Origin: Candidatus Latescibacterota bacterium
Lineage (GTDB): Bacteria > Latescibacterota > UBA2968 > UBA8231
Direction of reading: 5' to 3'
NCBI GenBank assembly: GCA_965261395.1
Contig: OZ253462.1
Span: forward strand, 4,864,001 to 4,928,000
Length of the DNA stretch: 64,000 nucleotides
In this document: positions 41,195 through 50,252 of the stretch, piece by piece
Layout: the number at the start of each line of letters is the position of its first letter
How positions within the stretch are numbered: position 1 is the stretch's first letter
Notes under the pieces: model-generated
Databases searched by the model: none
Seen by the model: the letters and a program-made list of their open reading frames with translations, nothing else
Told to the model about the DNA's origin: nothing
Made by a program: the position numbers and the translations under genes

Positions 41195-41331
41195 TGCGAG
41201 TCTCCCATTTTTGAGCTGATCTTCCCGAACTGTCTCAGTTCCTGGAAGATCTCCTTGATGTCGTAGCCACACTGAGCGGCAAGTTTGTCTCGTATTGCGC
41301 GAACTTCAGCCACGATAGAGTCATTTCTCAT
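41191..41331 (-). CDS. 46-aa putative antitoxin (partner of PIN toxins)
   Basis: Manual translation MRNDSIVAEVRAIRDKLAAQCGYDIKEIFQELRQ...; ATGA overlap with the AAA start. Confidence 0.55.
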   Translation of the reverse strand: MRNDSIVAEVRAIRDKLAAQCGYDIKEIFQELRQFGKISSKMGDSQ

Positions 41332-41378
41332 CGTCGATGTCCTCCATCAGTTCTTCAGGGGTGCTGATTACGGGAGAT
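41321..41378 (-). pseudogene. C-terminal stub of a PIN-domain toxin
   Basis: PVISTPEELME* resembles the P.ICTPEELM terminus of PIN proteins that precede this antitoxin family. Confidence 0.45.
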
Positions 41379-43478
41379 CTCATCATCTTCATCGGCCGAA
41401 GTTTCACAGTAATCCATTTTTCCTTGCCAGTCTTGGGCGAGATGTTTCCAATCCACCTTACGTGAAATGGGTTTGCCTTCCTCATCCTTGCCCACCCATA
41501 CCTCCCAGAACTCTGGGTCGTCGGAGCGAGGTTGCTGTGCCTTGGGCAAGTCATTCATCTTCACTAGGACCGGCAGCTCCGATGCCCAGCCAAGCAAGAT
41601 CGCGCTCTGAGACGGCAGAGAAGGCAGCTCGCGCAGAAGCCCTTGAAGATTGTCCGGGACGAGCCGGTACACCAGCTCCTGATCACGGTCATTGTTGATC
41701 CGGTGGAGGAGAAATGTATTGCACTGAGACAGCACCGTGGGAGAGAGCTCGGACGGCCGTTGAGACGACAGGACCAGCCCCAGTCCAAACTTTCGCCCTT
41801 CACGGGCGATGCGCTCGAAGACCTGACAGCAAATGGTGGCCGCGTCTTGATTTTCGACGTCCTCCCTGTAGCGCTTAATGAACGTGTGCGCCTCTTCCAT
41901 CACCAAGACGGTCGGGAGCGCGACACCGTTCACCTTGACGTAGCGCTGCAGCGCCTCAAAGGTCATGCGAGCGATGACGGCGGTAACAACGTGAACGACT
42001 TCGGTCGGTACAAGCGACAGATCAATCACCGAGACGCAGCCACACTCTGCGTTGTCGGTTCCGATGTAGTCCTGTAACCATCCGTCCAGAGTTGTATCGG
42101 CCGTATCTCCAATGATCGGCTTCATCCGAATATCCGTGAGTAACGCACGGATTCTGACCAACAAGGTTTCGACATACTCGGATACGTTGAGCATCTCTGC
42201 TGCCGCTTCGACGCCACGAAGCAACGAAGCTCCCTCGAAAGGTCGAGGTACATCCATATCCGACGGCAGGATGTCAGATTCCGAACCACCGAAGGCGGAA
42301 TGTGCATCGCTCGTCGTGATCAGTAGGTCCTGAATCTCCGGCCTAGTGAAATCGTAGTGGGGGTACTGTTGGCGACGAGGAGCACAAAGAGTCTCGACTT
42401 TATCCACGAGCGCTTGCAATTTGTCCTTCTGGTCGCCAGAGAAGGATCCCAAGTCAGATTCCAGCCCCACTTTCCACTTCTCCAGTTTCTCGAAAAACGA
42501 TTTCGGCTTTGGATACGTGCCCCACGGACTACCGGTGTTGTACTCAATGCGGATGATCGTCACGAGCGTGCGAAGGAAGCGGCGTATGTCATGGCTCGTA
42601 TCCTCTGTCGATACATCGTGGCCATCACGAACGGAGCGAAGCGCGTGCATGAGGGTTGGGCGCTGTGTTCTCGCGCTTGCCTGGGTGAACGAGCACCACT
42701 CCGCGCTATTCCAGAACCATAGCGGCACCTTCAACGCAAATTCGTCCTCCGCTGGGTCCACCTTGAATACCCGTGCCTTGACGGGATCATCGCCACCGAA
42801 TGCTCGCGAATACTCGCCGTTCGGGTCGAGGACGATGAACCGGGCGTTGGGTTGGCCTTCGTCGCGCTCCTGTTTGGCCTGCTCAAGGCTCCAGCGAATC
42901 AGACCGGCGACCGAGCAGGACTTGCCGCTACCGGTGTTTCCAAGGACGGCGAGATGGCGTCCGAACAAGCGGTTCGGGTCTACGCAAACCTCCGCATCGC
43001 CGGCGAGCGGGCTCGAGCCAATTTTCACGCGGCGCCGTTCACCCGACTCAACGATCGATCGGAGTTGGCTCTCAGTGGGTAACACGACAGGCGCGCCTAC
43101 CGATGGTAGCGCATCGGCCCCGCGTCTGAACACGTATTGCCCATCTGCCACCTGCGTCCGGAGCGTGCCGAGCGGGTTGAGCCTCAGCTTGCGGAGCGGA
43201 TATGGCAGATCCACCAGTCCGAAGTCCTGCATCCCGCGCCGCTTCGGGAAAGCCGACCTTTCGACTGTCAACCACTCGACTTGGCCGACTAGAAAAGCCT
43301 CATCGACAGAGATCAAGAGGTAACCGTTGACCCTGGGGAACGGCCGGGGGCCGTCTGCATGAAGGGTAACGGACTCGGGTGCCTCGATATCAAGAGCAAC
43401 CTTGATCTCGTCCGGAGACACGAAATCCACTGTGCCGATGCGTAGGCTCCCTGCCTGCTCGAAAGGGGTCTGGCTCAT
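41355..43478 (-). CDS. herA: HerA/FtsK-like ATPase (DUF87) of a SIR2-HerA defence system
   Basis: RHLAVLGNTGSGKS, DPNGEY, EEAH, IAREGRKFG and SQRPSEL motifs. Confidence 0.9.
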   Translation of the reverse strand: MSQTPFEQAGSLRIGTVDFVSPDEIKVALDIEAPESVTLHADGPRPFPRVNGYLLISVDEAFLVGQVEWLTVERSAFPKRRGMQDFGLVDLPYPLRKLRLNPLGTLRTQVADGQYVFRRGADALPSVGAPVVLPTESQLRSIVESGERRRVKIGSSPLAGDAEVCVDPNRLFGRHLAVLGNTGSGKSCSVAGLIRWSLEQAKQERDEGQPNARFIVLDPNGEYSRAFGGDDPVKARVFKVDPAEDEFALKVPLWFWNSAEWCSFTQASARTQRPTLMHALRSVRDGHDVSTEDTSHDIRRFLRTLVTIIRIEYNTGSPWGTYPKPKSFFEKLEKWKVGLESDLGSFSGDQKDKLQALVDKVETLCAPRRQQYPHYDFTRPEIQDLLITTSDAHSAFGGSESDILPSDMDVPRPFEGASLLRGVEAAAEMLNVSEYVETLLVRIRALLTDIRMKPIIGDTADTTLDGWLQDYIGTDNAECGCVSVIDLSLVPTEVVHVVTAVIARMTFEALQRYVKVNGVALPTVLVMEEAHTFIKRYREDVENQDAATICCQVFERIAREGRKFGLGLVLSSQRPSELSPTVLSQCNTFLLHRINNDRDQELVYRLVPDNLQGLLRELPSLPSQSAILLGWASELPVLVKMNDLPKAQQPRSDDPEFWEVWVGKDEEGKPISRKVDWKHLAQDWQGKMDYCETSADEDDEISRNQHP

Positions 43479-44911
43479 TGCACTTGGCCCTCCTCTTTCG
43501 CCGGAGGCATTTCTTTTCTGTCCCCGTCGTCCGGCCCGGTACCCCAGCGAGCCTTGAGTAGCTCCGACATGCGGAAGGTCGTGCGGTCGATCGCGGGCTT
43601 CGGCAGGTAGTTGTCGACGAGGGTTGGGAGGTCGCCGAGATGGTCACCGATCAAGAGCGTGATCTGGGCGTGTCTGCCCAGCCGTTCGTACGTACTAATG
43701 ATGCGGTCGAGGGGGTCGTCATAGGCGATGACCACTAGGTGCGCCGACGGGATCGTGAGCATGTCCTCAATCACCCGATTGATGTGCTCATCGCCGAAGC
43801 TGTAACCGTAGCAGACCACGGTGCTGTTCGGTCTGCAGATGGACGCAGCGAAGTCCCTAAACAACTCGACATAGGGGTACGCGGTCGTCTCCCGGTCCTT
43901 GGCGGCGTTGGGGTAGATCATGAGGCGCGCTGCATCGGAATCTTTCAGACCAGGAGCGGAAAGGAAGGGGGTGGTGTCCGTAGCACCGAAAGGCAGACCG
44001 AGCCGCCGGATTGCACCGTCACAGTCGAGCCAATCGACCGAGCCGTGCAGCTTGGTGAAACGCACTACTCCCTCGAGATAGCGTGGCTCGCCGCGGATGC
44101 CGGGTGGGTTGTAATGCAGATCCACGTCTAGCCGTGACGCACGGAAAATGGGTGCCAGGGTTCCCACGAATCGGTCAATGAGTCGTAGCCCTGCAGCATC
44201 CGCGCCCGCCTCAATGTAGCGATCATAGTTCGTCGTGAAGAGCTGTAACCGTTCGCGGGTCCCAGAACGACTGGCGAAACTCATCAGGAAGCTGACGAGA
44301 TAGTTGAACGCCTGCTCGCGCTGCTCAGTAGCCGCCGACACGAGGCTTCGTTCGCCTTCTAGGATGGAGCCCGCGAATGATTGGAGAGCTTCCGTCAAGT
44401 CGGATCGCAGGGCCGACACTTGTTTGCCCTCGGGGTCATCCTCCGACTTCGCCGATGCGACAATCTCCAGGCCACGAAGCAACTCGGTCGCGACTCGGAT
44501 CTGGTCCTCAAAGTTTCCGTATTCCCGTCCCACGGCTTTGGCTGTACGCTCTACTTCTTTTGCGATTTCGTTGTTTAGACACTTAAAGTCGATGGGACTC
44601 ATTCCGGGCAGCGTACTCGTTGTCGCCAATCCGTGAACAGCGTGTGTCAGCCCCGACCCGACCAACAAAGACAGGTGCTCGGATTGGACCAACGCCGTCA
44701 GCCATGGCTCGATTCGAGACCGTAGCTCTTTTGTACCAAATCGTTCATCTTTCTTTGCCCACGCGCAGGTAGATGATTCCGAAAGTGTAAACGGACGTGA
44801 TTCTTCAGTTGACGGATCTACACCTCCAAAAAATATGGGGCCTGTGTCATCCCTACACTTAATAATTTGCTTAGCCACTGGTTGAACCTCTACACCTGCT
44901 TGATCGCTCAT
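43475..44911 (-). CDS. SIR2-like (SIR2_2) NADase
   Basis: LLVGSG, FTTNYD, KLHGSVDW and GYSFGDEHIN motifs. Confidence 0.9.
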   Translation of the reverse strand: MSDQAGVEVQPVAKQIIKCRDDTGPIFFGGVDPSTEESRPFTLSESSTCAWAKKDERFGTKELRSRIEPWLTALVQSEHLSLLVGSGLTHAVHGLATTSTLPGMSPIDFKCLNNEIAKEVERTAKAVGREYGNFEDQIRVATELLRGLEIVASAKSEDDPEGKQVSALRSDLTEALQSFAGSILEGERSLVSAATEQREQAFNYLVSFLMSFASRSGTRERLQLFTTNYDRYIEAGADAAGLRLIDRFVGTLAPIFRASRLDVDLHYNPPGIRGEPRYLEGVVRFTKLHGSVDWLDCDGAIRRLGLPFGATDTTPFLSAPGLKDSDAARLMIYPNAAKDRETTAYPYVELFRDFAASICRPNSTVVCYGYSFGDEHINRVIEDMLTIPSAHLVVIAYDDPLDRIISTYERLGRHAQITLLIGDHLGDLPTLVDNYLPKPAIDRTTFRMSELLKARWGTGPDDGDRKEMPPAKEEGQVQ

Positions 44912-47706
44912 TTTGTTCCTCCATCCACCCGAAACACCTTCATCACCTCGTCCCCCAAGTGATTGATCACCTTCACCGCAATGCGGCCGGACGTCGGCTT
45001 GGCGAAAGGTCGGGAGGTGTCGCTGTGGAGGGTTTCCCAGGCTTCTTGGTTGACCTCGGCCTTGAGCGTCGTCCGCAGCGATTTGTACGGGTCGCTAGCG
45101 CCGAGGAAATAGGCGTGGCGGACGAAGAAGCTTTCCTCGTTGTAGTCGGTATCGACGAACCAGCAGGCGATGCCGTCGGCGCTGTCGCTGCGGATTTCGC
45201 CGGTGTTCGGATGGAATACGTCCACGCCGTTGACCTTGACTTGGATTTGGCTGTCCTCCGCGTCGAGGATGTCGATGTCCGGCTCGCCGAAGATGACGAA
45301 GAGGTTGCCTTTGCCGGTGTTTTTGAGGTCGTCGGCCATGTGGAGGTCGGCGTTCATGCGGGCCTTGAGGACTGGGACGCGGCCGAGTTTGTTGAACTCC
45401 GAGGCGTGGGCGTCGTAGTTGAAGGCGCAGGCGACCAGCACGTCGAAGTCGGCATCGGCGGCCTCGCGCACCGCCAACACGAGATCGGGGCGGGAGACGG
45501 TGCCGAATTCCGGGCCGACGAAGATGCCGGCGCGTTTTTCAGCGCCCGAGTCGCCGTTGCCTTCGACGTAGGTTCCCTCGGCGCAGACGTGGTAGCCGGG
45601 CCAGGGTCTGATCCCGGAAAACGAGATGCGGTCTTCTTTGTGCGCCTGTTGGACGCCGGAGGTTTTGAGATTGTCGAGGATCATCTCGGCGAAGTCCTGC
45701 TTTTCGCCGTACCCTAACTTGGCTTCGGCGACGTTGTCGATGAGTTCGTCGTTTTCATCGACGCCTAACAGGCGGTGCGGCGACAGGCTTTCCACCGTAA
45801 ACGGGCCGGCGACGCGGACTTTTTTGTTGTCTTCGTAGGGCTTGTCGTAGAGGTATTCGTAGTCGGCTTTGGCGGCGATGGAGGCGTCGATTTCCTTTTG
45901 CCGGGCGATGCGCTGTTCCCACCAATCCGCGTGAATTCTTCTGACCTCCTCGGGCCAAGCGGCGTCGGCGTCGCGGGGGATTTCCCATTCCTCGTAGGAT
46001 GTGCCGAGCGCGTCGTTCAATTCCCGACGCAGCGGCTCCAGCGTTTCTTGGAATTTCTCCCAGATTACGTCGATTTCGGCGTTGTGGGCGATGGACTTGA
46101 GGGTGACATGGGGGACGCGCTCGTACACGAAGCCTTGGCGGATGTCGTTGTACGTGGGCGCTTCCGAGGGGGCCTTGCGGGCGAGCGCGGCTTCTTTGAT
46201 TTGGCCGTCGCGGCTGTCGGCGAGCAAATAGTAGGGATAGCGTGCGCCCATGATGCGGGCGCGGGCCAGCGCGAGGGCGACGCGGGAAGTGTCGATGGTG
46301 ATCCAGCGGCGGCCCCACTGCTCGGCGACGTACGCGGTGGTGCCGGAGCCGCAGGTGGGGTCGAGGACGAGGTCGCCGGGGTCGGTAGTCATTAGGACGC
46401 AGCGTTGTATGACCTCCGAACTCGTCTGGACCACGTACCATTTGTCAGATGCTGCTCCAGTGTCTACCCAAGTATCCGTAATTTCGCTAACTGGATAATC
46501 CTCATGGTACAAAATATAACGCACGGTTGATCTTGTCGGATACAACCTATCGGCTTTCTCAAGCCGTCTCATTCCATCTTCTGTAGTCTTCCAAGATTTG
46601 TTGCCCCCAGGCCAATATTGTTGGCCATGAACATTTGCACGGTATACGCAACTTTCCGTGCGTCCTGCACTCAGCATGCTAAGATTGAAGAGGTAACGTG
46701 CGTCATGAGGAACACTGTCTTTCCCTTCACTCTCTTTCTTTCTCATGCTTCGAATAGTTCCATCAACCAGTCGAAGAGATGTGAAGGCCCCCTGCCCAGC
46801 ATTCTTTTGGGTGAACAACCTTCTAAATTTCAGAACATCGCGATTCTTAGAATAGAAAAGCAGGAAATTAAGCGTTCCAGGGATATAAGAGGCACCTAAT
46901 GGAACGCTTGTCCGGAATACAATTAGTGAAACGAAATTCTCCTCCCCAAACACCTCGTCCATCAACGCCCGCACCCGATGCACATTCTCGTCCCCAATCT
47001 GCACGAATACCGACCCGCTCTCCGTCAACAAATCCCGCGCCACCGTCAGCCGATCCCGCAAATACGTCAAATACGAATGAATCCCATCCCGCCACGTATC
47101 CCGAAACGCCTTCACCTGCTCCGGCTCCCGCGTGATGTGATCCGCGTTGCCGTCCTTGACGTCGCGGCTGGTCGTTGACCACTGGAAGTTGGAGTTAAAC
47201 TTGATACCGTAGGGCGGGTCGATGTAGATGCACTGCACCTTGCCGCGCAGCCCCTCCCGCTCCGCCAGCGACGCCATCACCTGCAAGCTATCCCCGAGAA
47301 TCATCCGATTCGACCAGTTGGCGTCGTGCTGGTAAAACTCCGTCTGCGCGTCCGCACTCGGCAGCCCGTTAAAATCCGCGAACAAATCGGCCTGCAAGCT
47401 CGATTCGCCGTCCCCCGTCTCCTTGCTCCGCTGCCGCAAATCGTCAATCAACACCTTCGGATGCACCTTCTCCTGAATGAACAGCGGCGGCGCTTGCACC
47501 ACCAAATCCGACCAGTTCTGCTCATCCTTCCCACGCCAAACAAGCTGCGGATCCAGATCCCGATTGCGCCGCTCATACGCGACCTTAATCGGATTCCGGT
47601 CGTCCTCCGCCATCACCGCCTGATACTCAGCCGTGGGAATATTCTTCCGCGATGCATCCTGGTGCCGCAGGGTTTCAACAGTCTTGGTCGATTTTCGTTT
47701 CGCCAT
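44908..47706 (-). CDS. mod: type III R-M DNA methyltransferase (Mod, extended type)
   Basis: IYIDPPYG, LDPTCGSGTT and central lower-GC TRD. Confidence 0.9.
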   Translation of the reverse strand: MAKRKSTKTVETLRHQDASRKNIPTAEYQAVMAEDDRNPIKVAYERRNRDLDPQLVWRGKDEQNWSDLVVQAPPLFIQEKVHPKVLIDDLRQRSKETGDGESSLQADLFADFNGLPSADAQTEFYQHDANWSNRMILGDSLQVMASLAEREGLRGKVQCIYIDPPYGIKFNSNFQWSTTSRDVKDGNADHITREPEQVKAFRDTWRDGIHSYLTYLRDRLTVARDLLTESGSVFVQIGDENVHRVRALMDEVFGEENFVSLIVFRTSVPLGASYIPGTLNFLLFYSKNRDVLKFRRLFTQKNAGQGAFTSLRLVDGTIRSMRKKESEGKDSVPHDARYLFNLSMLSAGRTESCVYRANVHGQQYWPGGNKSWKTTEDGMRRLEKADRLYPTRSTVRYILYHEDYPVSEITDTWVDTGAASDKWYVVQTSSEVIQRCVLMTTDPGDLVLDPTCGSGTTAYVAEQWGRRWITIDTSRVALALARARIMGARYPYYLLADSRDGQIKEAALARKAPSEAPTYNDIRQGFVYERVPHVTLKSIAHNAEIDVIWEKFQETLEPLRRELNDALGTSYEEWEIPRDADAAWPEEVRRIHADWWEQRIARQKEIDASIAAKADYEYLYDKPYEDNKKVRVAGPFTVESLSPHRLLGVDENDELIDNVAEAKLGYGEKQDFAEMILDNLKTSGVQQAHKEDRISFSGIRPWPGYHVCAEGTYVEGNGDSGAEKRAGIFVGPEFGTVSRPDLVLAVREAADADFDVLVACAFNYDAHASEFNKLGRVPVLKARMNADLHMADDLKNTGKGNLFVIFGEPDIDILDAEDSQIQVKVNGVDVFHPNTGEIRSDSADGIACWFVDTDYNEESFFVRHAYFLGASDPYKSLRTTLKAEVNQEAWETLHSDTSRPFAKPTSGRIAVKVINHLGDEVMKVFRVDGGTK

Positions 47707-47778
47707 TTATACGGAGTCCTCGCTGGTCGTGTTCAACAGGGCTTTTTCGCTAAAGTCGATCATGTGAATATCAAACAT
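47707..47778 (-). pseudogene. N-terminal stub of a HEPN (DUF86/HepT) toxin
   Basis: MFDIHMIDFSEKALL... directly after the MNT gene; resembles the ..MIDFAEKVL start of DUF86 proteins. Confidence 0.45.
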
Positions 47779-48061
47779 TGACCATCTCCCGTTCTATATA
47801 TGGACGCATCTCCGCCCGCAGCGCTTTGTCCGTTACCAGATCAACCGGACACCCCAGCAGATCTTCAATATAGAACTGAACACCAAAATACCGCTTTGAC
47901 GTCGCTGGCGAATCGAACCGTACTAGGATGTCCACATCGCTGTCGTCCGTGGCTTGGTCGCGGACGATTGACCCGAATAAGGCGAGATCCACGACGCCGA
48001 AACGCTGCACAAGGGTCGCCTTGTGCGCTCGGAGCACGTTCAGGACTTCATCTCTGTTCAT
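47771..48061 (-). CDS. minimal nucleotidyltransferase (MntA-type antitoxin)
   Basis: LFGSIVRDQATDDSDVDILV...VDLVT. Confidence 0.9.
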   Translation of the reverse strand: MNRDEVLNVLRAHKATLVQRFGVVDLALFGSIVRDQATDDSDVDILVRFDSPATSKRYFGVQFYIEDLLGCPVDLVTDKALRAEMRPYIEREMVNV

Positions 48062-48612
48062 TGATCAGTCTCCCCTTGATTCTGTCCAAGCGCGGCGAGC
48101 CGAGTCCACTCAAAACGGACCTCAAGCTCTCGCAGCATCGCAAAAGTATCGCGGTAGGCGACGTCGAACTGACGGCAGACGTTAGGTATCGGCACCCTTT
48201 TTCTCACGTCCGCATTGAATACTTCGTGAGTAACTACGACTGCGTCATGGACTCTTGCATAGGCCACAACCCATCCATCGGCTGCTCTTGCGAACTCCTC
48301 TTTTGCTTCAGGTAGAAACTGGCTATTCCCTTGAACCCAATTCATCATTTCCGTGAAAGCGTCTATAACCGATTTTTCTGCTGACGATACGAATAGATTG
48401 TCCGGTGCCTGCTTCACCCATTCAGACAGTTGATCTTGGCTAATCAGCACTTCGTCGCGAACCCGATCAATGCTGAACACCCGCCGTTCGTGGCAATGAT
48501 GGGTCAGGCATTCCCAGAATCCCGGACACAGGTCTTGCGCGTAATAGCGGCGATGCGCTTCTATGAAGATATTCGCATCGAGCACGAACGAGGAAATACC
48601 TTGGTTCGTCAC
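48058..48612 (-). CDS. DUF4411 family PIN-like protein
   Basis: LDANIFIEA..YY....PGFW, ADGWVVAYA, VVTHE and IPNVC motifs. Confidence 0.85.
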   Translation of the reverse strand: MTNQGISSFVLDANIFIEAHRRYYAQDLCPGFWECLTHHCHERRVFSIDRVRDEVLISQDQLSEWVKQAPDNLFVSSAEKSVIDAFTEMMNWVQGNSQFLPEAKEEFARAADGWVVAYARVHDAVVVTHEVFNADVRKRVPIPNVCRQFDVAYRDTFAMLRELEVRFEWTRLAALGQNQGETDQ

Positions 48613-49772
48613 TGCGATATTTCCATCTTTTTCGGCATGTTCTCAAAGGCTTCTCCCTTAAGACCGGTGAGATTGTACGCCTCGCGATAGGGCAAACGAC
48701 CCTCTCCGACCGCACGAACTATTGCAGAGGCAAAGCGAGGACCAATGCGCCACTTCTGAGTGTTCCAAAAGTGGCCTCCACTTCCCTGACGCTGCTGATC
48801 GCTGCGCCATCCATCGACCCCTCGGTTGTAGAAGCGGAAAAACTCATCCCTGTCGATCAAATCGAGATCGAGTGCCCGGCGCGCGGCCACGATAGAACTC
48901 ACCTTGAACCTGTGGGCAATAGCCTGATAAGGATCATTCGTTCGTCGGGCACTAGGCCAGAAAGCGAGTAGCTCTTCCTCCGGTATCAGGAATTCAGCAG
49001 CGGCCTTGTTGCAAAACTGCTCGGTTTCATCCGATGGCGGTTGTAGGGCTTCTAAATTGGAGACACCGCTCTGGGCTATGAAGAGGTGAGCTAGTTCGTG
49101 AGCTAGGGTAAACATCTGCGCCGCCATGAAATCGGCGCTATTCACAAAAACGAGCGGAGCATACTCATCCACGAGGGCGAAGCCCTGAAATTCATCGGGG
49201 TCCAGCTTTCGATACACGTTATTGCCCACTACGCCACTGAACGACACCAGCACTCCGGCGGTATCAACCAAGTGTCGCAGATGCCGTAGCGCATCGTTCC
49301 AAGTACCTAGCTCTTCTGCCCAATTTTCGGTAAGCTGCAGCGCATCGCGCATGGTAGCCCCAACTTGCCGAGGATGGGCATCCGTGCTGTAGGCTCCGAT
49401 GAAATCCAGTGGTTCAGCACCGCCTTCGATAAGCTCATCGCGCATCCATGCTTGGCGCCGCTGCATAAGGTAAATGGTTTCGAGTAGATCGGAACTCGGA
49501 GGCGGAGCATTATCTCGGGTGCGAAAGTCGGGTATTGGCAAGCGCTCTTCGGGCGGCTCTGTCAAGTACAGAAATCCCAGAGCGGTATGAGTGCGTTGGG
49601 CAAGTCTGTCGGCCTGTGCAACACTGATCTTGCCATTGCGTTCCCACTCCAACACGCGCTCCGGGCTCACGTTTAGCTTGCGCGCCAGCTCCGGGCGATC
49701 AAAGCCTGCCCGCTCTCGCGCCCACCGCAGCACTTCAGGTTGCAATGTTATCTGCAAACGTCGGCTGGTCAT
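48609..49772 (-). CDS. XRE-HTH + ImmA/IrrE metallopeptidase
   Basis: LRWARERAG HTH; FTLAHELAH; E.FCN..AAEFL. Confidence 0.9.
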   Translation of the reverse strand: MTSRRLQITLQPEVLRWARERAGFDRPELARKLNVSPERVLEWERNGKISVAQADRLAQRTHTALGFLYLTEPPEERLPIPDFRTRDNAPPPSSDLLETIYLMQRRQAWMRDELIEGGAEPLDFIGAYSTDAHPRQVGATMRDALQLTENWAEELGTWNDALRHLRHLVDTAGVLVSFSGVVGNNVYRKLDPDEFQGFALVDEYAPLVFVNSADFMAAQMFTLAHELAHLFIAQSGVSNLEALQPPSDETEQFCNKAAAEFLIPEEELLAFWPSARRTNDPYQAIAHRFKVSSIVAARRALDLDLIDRDEFFRFYNRGVDGWRSDQQRQGSGGHFWNTQKWRIGPRFASAIVRAVGEGRLPYREAYNLTGLKGEAFENMPKKMEISQ

Positions 49773-49819
49773 GGTTCACGTAACCTCTGGCTTAATATGG
49801 ATTCGTCGAAGCTCGGGGA

Positions 49820-50110
49820 TCAGGAAGGCTCCATCACATCGGCCATGGCTTGTTTGATCGTTTTCGCATCTACCCCGTGGTTTTGCAGACTTTCGACGAA
49901 TAGTTCAAGTCCAGGGCTGTTTTCCAATCGCACGAGATCCTGACGAAGACCTTGGCCGATATAGGCTCGAATGAGCGGTTGATAGCCGGAGAATCCCAAT
50001 TGAGGAGCGATTCGTTTAAGATCTTCAATTACATCCTCCGGCATGCGAATGCTCACGGGAACCATCGTCCGATTCTTGTTCAGTCGTTTCCGCAACTCAT
50101 CGCTCTTCAT
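49820..50110 (-). CDS. CopG/BrnA-like RHH antitoxin
   Basis: VSIRMPEDVIEDLKRIAPQLGFSGYQPLIRAYIGQGLR. Confidence 0.8.
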   Translation of the reverse strand: MKSDELRKRLNKNRTMVPVSIRMPEDVIEDLKRIAPQLGFSGYQPLIRAYIGQGLRQDLVRLENSPGLELFVESLQNHGVDAKTIKQAMADVMEPS

Positions 50111-50197
50111 AGCTCTTTCTCTCAGTTGGCGTTGCCGGCCGCGCAGTTTCAATGTTGGCTTCTGCCCGATACCATGACGCCGAATCGTTACGTCCAT
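50097..50197 (-). pseudogene. internally deleted BrnT-like toxin
   Basis: Fragments MDVTIRRHGI / AEANIE / ARPATPTERKSYEER* match BrnT N- and C-termini; core missing. Confidence 0.6.
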
Positions 50198-50252
50198 ATC
50201 CAGATTCAAACTTACGATGGTGTATATACATTATCAATACAATGTTCGATCC

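Noticed and set aside
47300-47760. Phase-variable simple repeat in mod (phasevarion)
   Set aside because: No simple-sequence tract is visible in the 5' region or the ORF.
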